A stretch of 63,598 bases of DNA, the filler included. It is 8 parts of 8 records of this genome, joined end to end, with 100 filler letters (N's around TTAATTAATTAA, not from the genome) between each part and the next. Parts side by side here need not be neighbours in the genome. Positions count along the whole stretch, not along the records: positions 40,617 to 56,205 come from SRR31156797_46256; positions 56,306 to 63,598 come from SRR31156797_46274; 6 more parts are not named here. One strand, written 5' to 3'. How positions within the stretch are numbered: the stretch's first letter is position 1; every line of letters starts with the position of its first letter. Positions 50,570-59,548 of the stretch are shown one piece after another. Under the pieces are notes generated by a model. It saw only the letters and a program-made list of their open reading frames with translations, was not told the DNA's origin and ran no database searches. The position numbers and the translations under genes are program-made.

Positions 50570-51607
50570 TCAGAAATTATGAACGGCTGCCGCCTCAAAT
50601 GAGAAAAAAACGTCCTCCCCCTCCCGGATCGCCGACTGAAACAGGGATTTTCCGGTTATCAGCGATTTGAAAACCACGCCTCCGGCCCTGAGGTGTACCT
50701 GGTAGGTAAAGCCCTGATCCAGCACGGCCGCAACTTTTCCCTGAAACGCATTTCGGATACTTGACGAAAAGGCTTCCCTGCTGATCACGATATCTTCCGG
50801 TCTGATGGCGATGTGCCCCCGCTGGTTATCCGGCTCCCTTCCCAGGTCGATTTCCAGGTCCCCGAGGGAGGTTTTCGTACCCTCAAATCGTGCCCTGAAA
50901 AGGTTCTTCATCCCCACGAAATCCGCCACGAAAGTGGAGACCGGTCTTTGAAAAATGTCATGGACCCGACCCACCTGCTCCATACGGCCGTTGTTGATCA
51001 CCGCGGCCCTGTCGGCCAAAGACAGGGCATCGGCAAAATCATGGGTGACCATCATAAAAGTCACCTCTGTACGCTCATGGAGCGTTTTGAGAGCATTGCG
51101 AACCTCTTCCCGGAAGTTGGGATCCAGGGCGGAGATGGGTTCGTCAAGGAGAAGAACGTTGGGCCGGACCGCCAGGGCACGCGCCAAGGCGACCCGTTGC
51201 TTTTCTCCGCCGCTCAGATTTCCCGGGACCCGATCCAGAAGGTGGGAAAGGTTCAACAGGGATACCATCGCTTCGATCCGTTCCCCGGCCCCTTTTTGAC
51301 CGATCTGTTGATAGCGCAATCCGTAAGCGATGTTTTTCCGGACGGTCAGATGGGGAAAAAGGGCCTGGTCCTGATAAACGATGCCGATGCCTCTTTTTTC
51401 AGGGGGGAGTCCGGTAACTTCTTTTCCGTCAATAAAAATCCGCCCTCCGTTCACGGTCATGAGCCCGGCAACGGCCTCAAGCAAAACCGTCTTTCCCGAA
51501 CCGGTGGGCCCCATGAGGACGAAGAACTCGCCCTCCGGAATATCCAGATGAATATGGTCCAGGCAAAAGCCCGGCAAACGGATTTGAAGATCTTTTACCG
51601 TGATCAT
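50570..51607 (-). CDS. wtpC: Tungstate/molybdate ABC transporter ATPase
   Basis: GPTGSGKT, LSGGEKQR, TOBE-like C-terminus; operon context. Confidence 0.85.
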   Translation of the reverse strand: MITVKDLQIRLPGFCLDHIHLDIPEGEFFVLMGPTGSGKTVLLEAVAGLMTVNGGRIFIDGKEVTGLPPEKRGIGIVYQDQALFPHLTVRKNIAYGLRYQQIGQKGAGERIEAMVSLLNLSHLLDRVPGNLSGGEKQRVALARALAVRPNVLLLDEPISALDPNFREEVRNALKTLHERTEVTFMMVTHDFADALSLADRAAVINNGRMEQVGRVHDIFQRPVSTFVADFVGMKNLFRARFEGTKTSLGDLEIDLGREPDNQRGHIAIRPEDIVISREAFSSSIRNAFQGKVAAVLDQGFTYQVHLRAGGVVFKSLITGKSLFQSAIREGEDVFFSFEAAAVHNF

Positions 51608-52404
51608 GGTTCTTCCGGCTTTTTAAGGGTGAGCACGCGAAGCACCAAAAACAGCAGCAGGCAAATCGTTACAAGCCAGACCGCAACCGGCTGGGAGTAT
51701 TTCAAGCCGTAGCTCTCAAAGCGTTCATAGATCATTACCGGCGCGGTCATGGGGTGATAGGCCACAATCACCACCGCACCGAACTCGCTGATGGCCCTGG
51801 CGCTGCACATAATAAAACCGATGACCATGCTCCGCCATGCCAGGGGAAAGGTCACCCTGAAAAAGGTGCCGAACATGGAGGCGCCCAGACTGCGGGATAC
51901 ATTTTCCAGCCTGGGGGAGACCCCTTCAAAACCGCTTTTGACCGCATTGACATAAAAGGGGAGCCCCACAAAGGTCAGGACCGTAATGATTCCCGTAACG
52001 CTTCCCATGATCCGTATGCCGAATTCATGCATGATCCTGCCGAGAAAGTGATTCTTCCCCACCACACCGAGAATGGCAATCCCCACAACGGGATGGGGGA
52101 TCACGATGGGGAGATCGATGATACCCTCTATTAATCGCTTTCCTCTGAAGTTGGTGCGGACCAGGAAATAGGCCAGGGGGGTTCCCAAGAGGAAGGAGAT
52201 CAGGGCGGCCGCTCCGGCGGTGTAAATACTCAACCAGATGGCGCGCACCACATCCCGGTCCCGGATGGTCTCCTTGAGCATGGACAGGGAGGGAGCCGTG
52301 AGCATTTCAATCAACGGCAAGAGGATAAAGGCCATGACCATCATGCCGCATAAAAGGGTAAACCAGAAAAAGGGCTCCCGCTTCTTCATGGTTTCGGGGA
52401 TCAA
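51604..52404 (-). CDS. wtpB: Tungstate/molybdate ABC permease
   Basis: [22 protein letters not shown]. Confidence 0.88.
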   Translation of the reverse strand: MIPETMKKREPFFWFTLLCGMMVMAFILLPLIEMLTAPSLSMLKETIRDRDVVRAIWLSIYTAGAAALISFLLGTPLAYFLVRTNFRGKRLIEGIIDLPIVIPHPVVGIAILGVVGKNHFLGRIMHEFGIRIMGSVTGIITVLTFVGLPFYVNAVKSGFEGVSPRLENVSRSLGASMFGTFFRVTFPLAWRSMVIGFIMCSARAISEFGAVVIVAYHPMTAPVMIYERFESYGLKYSQPVAVWLVTICLLLFLVLRVLTLKKPEEP

Positions 52405-53375
52405 TTCTTCACTTGAACCAGCGATTTCAGGGGTGTCGGAAGGCTCTCCTTCATGGCGGCCGTCGGCACGCGGCAGGGCTCAAAGGGCGGCTGTCCCATT
52501 TTTTTTAGCACCTTCAGGCCACCCTTTGGATCCAGCATATAGGCCAAAAAGGCAACAGCCGCCTCCCGGTTGGGCCCATTCTTGATGAGGGTCACGCCGT
52601 AAGTACACGATTTCCCTTTGATGTCCATAAAAGTGCCCGGTTCTTTCCCGGTCACACGAACCACGGCCCCGGCGTACAGTTTGTCGTACTGATAATTCCC
52701 CAGGTTGATTTGATCGGGAAGCACCACGTACTTGAGACCGTGCTGAACCGCCACAGAGAGATATTCCCAGGCATAATCCATGTTTCCGGTCTGGAGCAGG
52801 GAGATCAGCTCAACGGATTTGGGACGGACATTTTCCCTTGGCCGGTTGGCGATCAATCCGTCATAGAGACCGGGGCGGTTGTAATATTTTTCAGCCAGTT
52901 GAATGACCATCAGGGACCGGTAACCGCAGGGATCCAGATTGGGATCGGAGTGCCCCCACACAACGCCTTCTCTTCCAAGAATTTCGTACCAGTTATCCGC
53001 ATTGACGCTCCCAGCATATTGGCTCTTGTCCGTGTAGCAAAGCACGAGCTGGTTGGTGGCAAACCGGATGTTCCACTTTGCATATTGGGGAATCAGGAGT
53101 TTGTCGATGACCTTGTAGTCGGCGGAAGCCATGATATCACACGGCTTTTCCAGATCGCTCACCTTACGGGCCGCCTTTGAGCTGCCGCTCGGTTCGCGCT
53201 GAAGATCCACACCCGGATATTTCGCCTCAAAAACCTTCTCCATGGCCGCAAGCGGCACGGTCAGGCTACCTGCGTGAAACAGGGTCAATCTGCCCTTGGG
53301 CTCCGCGCCCGCGGTTCCTACAAACAGGCATGCCCATAACACCATCAACCCCACCGATCTCATTCCGATTTTCAT
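52401..53375 (-). CDS. wtpA: Tungstate-binding periplasmic protein WtpA
   Basis: [31 protein letters not shown]. Confidence 0.9.
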   Translation of the reverse strand: MKIGMRSVGLMVLWACLFVGTAGAEPKGRLTLFHAGSLTVPLAAMEKVFEAKYPGVDLQREPSGSSKAARKVSDLEKPCDIMASADYKVIDKLLIPQYAKWNIRFATNQLVLCYTDKSQYAGSVNADNWYEILGREGVVWGHSDPNLDPCGYRSLMVIQLAEKYYNRPGLYDGLIANRPRENVRPKSVELISLLQTGNMDYAWEYLSVAVQHGLKYVVLPDQINLGNYQYDKLYAGAVVRVTGKEPGTFMDIKGKSCTYGVTLIKNGPNREAAVAFLAYMLDPKGGLKVLKKMGQPPFEPCRVPTAAMKESLPTPLKSLVQVKN

Positions 53376-53396
53376 TTTTCTATCCTCATTAAAAAA

Positions 53397-54386
53397 TTAT
53401 CGGGTTTCCCCTTCAACAGGCCGTCCCCGGTAGGGGTAATTTTTCAGACGGATATCACCCCGTTTATGGGGATTGGAAATGGCCTTTGAATCATCCACCC
53501 AATCCTCCCATTTGAAATTCTCCATAACCTTCGCCTGATAACTCTCACTTAGAGGGTGCTTCTGGATGCCGTTGATATGTTTCCACTGATAATACCGCAT
53601 CAGATCCACCTGGTAGGGCGTGGGCTTTCCGCCGGCCGCCTTCACCACCTTCTTTAATTCCCGGACCTCATCCATGTTCACTTCGGGGGTCCAGGTAATT
53701 TTTTCCGGCAGCATGACCGGTTCTCCGGGGATGTTGTTGATCCCTACTTTCCATGTGGCCAGCACGGCCTGACCCGTGTCCTCCCTGTAAATAATAATGG
53801 CATGGCCATACCGCTTGTCCTTGAAAAACCCCAGGTTCCCGTACTGGATACGGGCGCCGGTCAAATAGGCCGTGGCATCGGACCAGCAAGGTGATTTGCC
53901 GGTAATCCCCCACAAGACGCTCCTGTCGATGATTCCATCGGGGAAAAGAATATCAAAAGCAACCCTGCAACAGCAGGCGGCATGGGACAGCCCCTCACAG
54001 TCATGGCCATGAAATTTAACGATATCCTTGATGGTCACGGCATAGGTATAGGGATAATAACGGCCTTGCGTGCCCCTTGTGGCAAGGATCTCAAAGACCG
54101 GCGTGTACGGCATGGCGACCATCGGCGCATACCATGTGGGGACTTTGTCCGGTTGTGTCACGCCCGTTTCAATGAATATGGTCTTTCCCTGTTCATAGGT
54201 CGGTTCACCGGCCCAGACCGGCAGACCGCCGGCAAGCAAAACGATTAAAACGATGAGATACCTGAATCTTCTCAAGGGCCTTGTGAAGGTGCACAAAGGT
54301 AGAGGTCCGCTGACAATGGGGGTGGCGGGATTTTTTTTTGGGCTGCCGATTCCATGGATGTTCGTCGTGATCAATTTATCGGTCAT
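53397..54386 (-). CDS. FmdE-family protein with probable signal peptide (true start may be TTG 54275)
   Basis: KFHGHDCEG and C..DA...TG motifs; RRFRYLIVLIVLLAGGLPVWA signal-like segment. Confidence 0.7.
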   Translation of the reverse strand: MTDKLITTNIHGIGSPKKNPATPIVSGPLPLCTFTRPLRRFRYLIVLIVLLAGGLPVWAGEPTYEQGKTIFIETGVTQPDKVPTWYAPMVAMPYTPVFEILATRGTQGRYYPYTYAVTIKDIVKFHGHDCEGLSHAACCCRVAFDILFPDGIIDRSVLWGITGKSPCWSDATAYLTGARIQYGNLGFFKDKRYGHAIIIYREDTGQAVLATWKVGINNIPGEPVMLPEKITWTPEVNMDEVRELKKVVKAAGGKPTPYQVDLMRYYQWKHINGIQKHPLSESYQAKVMENFKWEDWVDDSKAISNPHKRGDIRLKNYPYRGRPVEGETR

Positions 54387-54713
54387 TTTATTTTTTCCTT
54401 AGTTATTTAGGGTTCATGTTATTTGAAAGAACCGCGCGGGGGGCGTTCGCCGAATCCAAGATTTCGGAAGGGAGCCTATATTTTTTGTAACTTATTGTCA
54501 AAACATATTTCATAAACGATTTATCAGCAACATGACACCTAATAAATAACCCATACTTACCGTAAACAACTTACGGCATGGGGATACGGGAACCCGCTAA
54601 ATATTTTTCATATAAGGAGATCAGGAAATATTGCCGAGCCGATAAGGTTGGATGAAGCTAAAGAGCTGAAATATGCGCGCAATACCGCAACGGTCACCCA
54701 TCACGAAAAATGA

Positions 54714-55655
54714 CTAGAATTTAAAACTTAACGCCACTCCGGCGGGCATTTTTCCGGAGCTTAAGAGACGGACATCAACATTATCAAATAACCCCTTTCG
54801 AAAATCGTCCCGGACTTTGCGGTTCCACTTGTGGGTCACGTTCACCGCGCTGTAAATATTGCCCGAATACCATCCCACCTCAAAAAAGGCCAGGATACCC
54901 CCCAGTACATTTTGATCATGATTAAAGGCTTCCACGGTGGCCCAGATAAACAGGCCGTTCAGTAGAAAGGCTATCAAGGCATCTTTGTAACGGGACACAT
55001 AGGCATGGCCGAGACCCGGCAGAACCGCCGCCATGACCCCTGCCGTGGTCGGGTCTTTGTAGGGTAAGTCTTCTCCCTTGAGGCTCTCCACGGAAAGTCT
55101 GCGAGCCTTTTCAAACAGCGGGCTCCCCTCGTCAACCCGGCTAAAATCCTCGGATGCTTCCCGCCAGTTATTCTCCTGCATCCGGGTCCAACCCAAACGG
55201 TATAGGGCCTTGTTCCGTAATGAATCCGAAGGGTATCGTTTCAGCACCTCATGAAAAAAATTTCCCGCCTTGTCATAAAAACCCTCTTTGTAATAGGACT
55301 CCCCGGTGAGAAAAAGAGCCTTTTTGGCCATGGGGCTGTCCGGATCGGCCCGGTAGGTTTCGGCAAAAACGTTCCTGGCATCATCAAACTTGCCATCATC
55401 CAGATAACACAGCCCGATGAGTTGACGGGCCAGGGAGACCCGCCTGTCTTTCGGGAAAAAATAGATAAACCGTTCATATTCGCTGATGGCGCGGCCGTAA
55501 TCGCCCTTATCCATAAAACTGCGGGCGAATTCAAACTGTCCGTCAGCATCGATTACGATCTGCCCGGAAAATACCGGGCGAAACGCCCCCAGGATGACGA
55601 AAGCCAGCAACAAAAGTAAACCGACGTTTTTACCGATTTTCGGATTGCACCGCAT
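54714..55655 (-). CDS. Exported TPR protein with C-terminal TM2-like membrane domain
   Basis: Signal peptide, TPR helices, PGLGHAY motif. Confidence 0.75.
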   Translation of the reverse strand: MRCNPKIGKNVGLLLLLAFVILGAFRPVFSGQIVIDADGQFEFARSFMDKGDYGRAISEYERFIYFFPKDRRVSLARQLIGLCYLDDGKFDDARNVFAETYRADPDSPMAKKALFLTGESYYKEGFYDKAGNFFHEVLKRYPSDSLRNKALYRLGWTRMQENNWREASEDFSRVDEGSPLFEKARRLSVESLKGEDLPYKDPTTAGVMAAVLPGLGHAYVSRYKDALIAFLLNGLFIWATVEAFNHDQNVLGGILAFFEVGWYSGNIYSAVNVTHKWNRKVRDDFRKGLFDNVDVRLLSSGKMPAGVALSFKF

Positions 55656-56064
55656 CCGGATACCACCAGAAATCATTATTTTCGATCGGGTCAATGATCT
55701 TCCCCTTCCCGTTGCGATTTTTTACGGGCGACACCGTCCATTCATCCCCTTCATGGATCAACCGATCAACGGTCATCAACCACCCCATCACCAGGCCATG
55801 TTTCTTGAACGCCTGAACGCTGAAACTTGAGCAGGTAGGCTCACTGGGGCACCGGTCCCCATCCACCGCTGAAACATGTTCGGAAAAAAACGATGCCAGC
55901 CACGCCCCCACGTTGTTTTCAAAATGACCTTGAGGGTCTTCCCTTTGCGAGGCGCCCTGCCCCGTTACCATCTCAAAGGGATCGGCGCATGCCCTTTTTA
56001 TAAAACCCGGTCCCGAAAAACAGAAAACCATCAAGATAACGCCCAATGTCATTCGGCCACTCAC
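55630..56064 (-). CDS. YidD-like (haemolytic domain) protein with N-terminal signal/TM
   Basis: RCPSEPTCSSFSVQAFKKHG...DRLIH. Confidence 0.75.
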   Translation of the reverse strand: MSGRMTLGVILMVFCFSGPGFIKRACADPFEMVTGQGASQREDPQGHFENNVGAWLASFFSEHVSAVDGDRCPSEPTCSSFSVQAFKKHGLVMGWLMTVDRLIHEGDEWTVSPVKNRNGKGKIIDPIENNDFWWYPDAVQSENR

Positions 56065-56068
56065 TTTT

Positions 56069-56125
56069 CCCTACACCTCACTCCTTAAACCTTATACCTC
56101 AACACCTTACACCTTACACCTTACC
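56069..56125. repeat. Degenerate heptamer tandem repeat (CCTTACA) x8
   Basis: ccctaca cctcact ccttaaa ccttata cctcaaca ccttaca ccttaca ccttacc. Confidence 0.75.
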
Positions 56126-56205
56126 CGCGACCCTAATGAACCCATAAAAAGAAGTCAAGACGTTCCAACAAAAGACCCAGTACTGACGCACGAGTATGAA
56201 GATCC

Positions 56206-56305
56206 NNNNNNNNNNNNNNNNNNNNNNNNNNNNNNNNNNNNNNNNNNNNTTAATTAATTAANNNNNNNNNNNNNNNNNNNNNNNNNNNNNNNNNNNNNNN
56301 NNNNN
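56206..56305. other. Artificial contig spacer (bacterial-to-archaeal junction)
   Basis: N44-TTAATTAATTAA-N44. Confidence 0.99.
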
Positions 56306-57909
56306 CCAAGCAACGGAACACCCCATATGTGAGGTTCCATACCTGTCTGTATTATTAAGGAGGAACCAACTATTATGGCTGAAATTATCAGGCTGAATGC
56401 CAGGCGGTTACTTGCAGCATCTATCTCAGCAACAACCCTGTCAAAACCCTGGGGTTCGAACCGCAATTTGAGATAACCTCTTTCAGCTATCTCCAGAATG
56501 TGGGATACCTGCATGGGTGCTTTGTGAAGTATCCGTGTCCAGTTACTATAGTCCCTGTATGCACTGCTTGCGATATTCATCAGACGCATTCGGTCCTTTA
56601 TCGCCTTTTTGGCAAATGGTTCTGCCACCAGACTAAGATTAACATCAGGATCCATTACGCTGCTAAAGCCTTCTGCGGTCATGGCACCCTTTGAGAGAAG
56701 GGCTACGTTTGCAGGAACCCTGACCTGGTATTTTCTCAGCAGGCTGATCATTTCCTCGAGTATCAGTGCAGTGTTCAGTTGCCTGATCGGTCTTCCATAA
56801 TATTTGTACAGGAGATGGTCGATATCTATTTTCAATGATGCCAGATCAACATCATCCCCGATTGAACCAAGTTCCCTCAGAAGTTCAATATAAAGTACCG
56901 TATCCCCTTTTGTTATCGCTATAAGGTCGTCAATGAGAAGATCGCGCATATCCTGTGAAAGGAATCCCACCATGCCAAAGTCAAGGAGAGCTATCATGCC
57001 GTCCTTCATAATGAACACATTTCCGGGATGCAGATCCGCATGGAAGAATCCATCATCATAGATCTGCTTCATGAAAGCTTTCAGAACTTCGGTGGCAACC
57101 TCTGTCCTGTCAACTCCCATCTTTTCAAGTTCCTCGAAAGAATCGCTTTTAACCCCGTCGATGTACTCCAGTGTCAGCACTTTCATACTGGAGTAGTCCC
57201 AATATACTTCTGGAATGTATATACGGGGATGATCACGGAAGTTGCGGGCAAAGTGGTCAGCGTTCCTTCCTTCCTGGGTATAGTCCATTTCGGATTTGAT
57301 GGAACGTTCGAACTCCTCGACGATCCCAACTGGTCGATATAACTTTGCCTCAGGCAGATGTTCCTCTGCAAAGCCTGCAATACTGTACATTATATCCAGG
57401 TCAGCTTCAATGATCTTCCTGATGCCGGGTCGCTGGACTTTGACAACCACATCCTCGCCAGTCTTTAATCTGGCGCGATGTACCTGGCCGATAGAGGCTG
57501 CAGCTATGGGTTCTTCCTCAAAGCAATCGAAAATATCATCAATATGCGAACCCAGCTCATCTTCGATCAGCTTTTCAACTTCTTCTATTCCAAAAGGCTG
57601 TATATTGTCCTGAAGTTTTGAGAACTCGTTTGCATATTCCGGGGGAATAAGGTCCTGGCGCATACTGAGTATCTGACCAAGTTTAATGTAGGTAGGTCCC
57701 AGTTCTTCAAGCATAAGCCTTGCTTTCTCTGGACCAGAATCCGTATCCTTATGGACTTTATCCTGTTTTTTGAATCTTGATCTCAGTGGCCTGATATCTC
57801 CTATACCCATTCTGTCAGCTATGTGCCCAAACTCATACTTTACAAGGGCATCAACGATCTTCCCATATCTTTTGATCATTGAATATCTGTGTATTTTCCG
57901 GGGTTTCAT
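56306..57909 (-). CDS. AarF/ABC1/UbiB atypical kinase family protein, 3' truncated
   Basis: LGPTYIKLGQ, AAASIGQVH, VVVKVQRP, FHADLHPGN, DFGMVG. Confidence 0.93.
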
Positions 57910-58129
57910 ATGGTCCTTTGACTTTAATTTTTTTGTTTATATGTATTAATTTACTACGTACTTATTATTAAATTATCGTGTAGATTTCCTGATTGCAGGT
58001 TTTAACACCAATTGTAGCTTGCCAGTTGCAAAATTCAGGGGATAGCTATTTAATTTCCTATCTCAAATTATCCTAGTCAGGAAATACCTGATGTATTGTC
58101 CTAAAAGAGAAAATCAGGAGTGAGAAAAC

Positions 58130-58399
58130 ATGTTATTTTTTGATATAAGCACATGGGAGCCAAAAGACAGCGATAAAGTAATTGAACATTTCAAGGAACT
58201 CAGGCCCCCAGCAGGTATAAATGTTGTCAACCAGTGGGTTGACCTTAACGGTGGAAGGTATTTCATACTTTATGAGGCAGAAAATGAAGAAGCATATGCT
58301 GAATTTAATATTCCATGGTCTGATGTATGCAAAATAGATAGTGTGCCTGTCATGGAATCTACGGATTTCATAAAACTAATGATATCAAAGGGATTATAA
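58130..58399 (+). CDS. DUF3303-like small protein
   Basis: 89 aa; MLF...TWEP, W.DL.GGR, W.D.....PVM pattern; AGGAG RBS; T-rich terminator downstream. Confidence 0.65.
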   Translation: MLFFDISTWEPKDSDKVIEHFKELRPPAGINVVNQWVDLNGGRYFILYEAENEEAYAEFNIPWSDVCKIDSVPVMESTDFIKLMISKGL

Positions 58400-58418
58400 T
58401 CTCCCTTCTTTTTTTGTT

Positions 58419-59024
58419 TTATTGCGAAGGAATCAATTCAATTATTTTCTCACTATCGCCTATCTTGACCGTGAACTTTCCTTCCGGCAGGGTGCAAGTG
58501 TCATACTTGTGGTAGAATTTTCCTTCCTCATCAGCTTTAACCGTCTGTGCAGCTATAAAATCAAGCTGAACCTCTTTTTCGCCATCGGCTGATATTCCGT
58601 TGATTACGATCTCATAATTTCCGGCAGGCACGTTCTTCTCAAAGAACTCTGCGATTCCCTCTTCAGCATCAAAACTGCGCTTAAAGTCTACAAACATACG
58701 GACAATAAAGTTCAGGTCTTCGACTTTCTGGGACCTGACACTAAAACTATTGCTTCCACCGGGAATTTTCACTTTTTCAAATATATATTCATATTTGTTA
58801 TCTATGACCGGAACATGCAGTGTGAAAGAAACAACCATTCCAATAGTTTCTCCCGGACTGGTTTTGCCTGTTATGTCCAGTACGTCCCCTGTGCATGGGG
58901 ATTGCGGAAAAAAACTCCACTCGTTCACCGATGCTTCGGGGTTCTCCCCTTTCTGGTCGTGGGTAATAGAGTAAAGTGCCTTGGAAAAGGTCAAAAAGAG
59001 ATTATCACTTTTGCTTAAGGTCAC
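58419..59024 (-). CDS. Hypothetical beta-rich archaeal protein
   Basis: 201-aa ORF with GGAGGA RBS, downstream of the phasin-like gene. Confidence 0.6.
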   Translation of the reverse strand: MTLSKSDNLFLTFSKALYSITHDQKGENPEASVNEWSFFPQSPCTGDVLDITGKTSPGETIGMVVSFTLHVPVIDNKYEYIFEKVKIPGGSNSFSVRSQKVEDLNFIVRMFVDFKRSFDAEEGIAEFFEKNVPAGNYEIVINGISADGEKEVQLDFIAAQTVKADEEGKFYHKYDTCTLPEGKFTVKIGDSEKIIELIPSQ

Positions 59025-59041
59025 TCCTCCATCTAATGGAT

Positions 59042-59401
59042 TTAAACTTCTTCTTCCTGTTCTTCTTTTTCGTCATCTGAGCCAACGAGTTTGTCTATCT
59101 TATCCTCAAGGGCCTTGATCACGTCTTTGAGTTCCTGAATCTCATCCTTTGTTGCTACATCAGCTTTGCTGAAAGTATCCTGAACCTTGGTTGAGATTTT
59201 CTTTTCAAGTTCTTCCTTCTGTTTCTTCTGCTCGTCTACGACTTCGCGAACAAACTTTTTACCCTCTTCCTTTTTGATCTCTCCGTCTTCGATCAGGTCG
59301 TCAGTGATGTCCTGTATCTTTTCTTCTGTAAGGGCCCACAGCCCGATACCAAAAAGACCGACTTTTCTCATGACTTCTGTGATGTCTGTAGCATCTTTCA
59401 T
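59042..59401 (-). CDS. Phasin-like (PHA granule-associated family) coiled-coil protein
   Basis: GLFGIG..ALT.EK...L..GE...EEGK...ATKDEI..L pattern. Confidence 0.75.
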   Translation of the reverse strand: MKDATDITEVMRKVGLFGIGLWALTEEKIQDITDDLIEDGEIKKEEGKKFVREVVDEQKKQKEELEKKISTKVQDTFSKADVATKDEIQELKDVIKALEDKIDKLVGSDDEKEEQEEEV

Positions 59402-59548
59402 TGAAAACCTCCAATGATTAATTTGTATGTGTTAGGATAAAAGTCTTGTTCTGGAATGGACAGTTGCCGCTGCTGTCCTGGAATTAATAATAAAAATAAC
59501 GGCTGCCAGAATAAAATACAGGTGTTTTCTCAAAAAGACGAACGACAA

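Noticed and set aside
36857-53180. Long antisense ORFs (e.g. 36857-37981, 41223-42074, 43471-44337, 48171-49313, 50813-51712)
   Set aside because: Shadow frames opposite well-supported genes in GC-rich DNA, with no recognisable motifs.
54387-54713. Possible Moco/Wco riboswitch or ModE-type site upstream of fmdE-wtpABC
   Set aside because: Short hairpins exist, but I could not match the Moco RNA consensus by eye. An Infernal/Rfam scan would be needed.
56133-56205. Minus-strand gene tail at the end of contig 7 (...LLLERLDFFLWVH*)
   Set aside because: Too short to assign a product.
5460-56305. Seven copies of TTAATTAATTAA flanked by Ns, as a possible repeat or insertion site
   Set aside because: Identical 100-bp artificial linkers with six-frame stops. 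ORFs running into them and gene neighbourhoods across them are artefacts.
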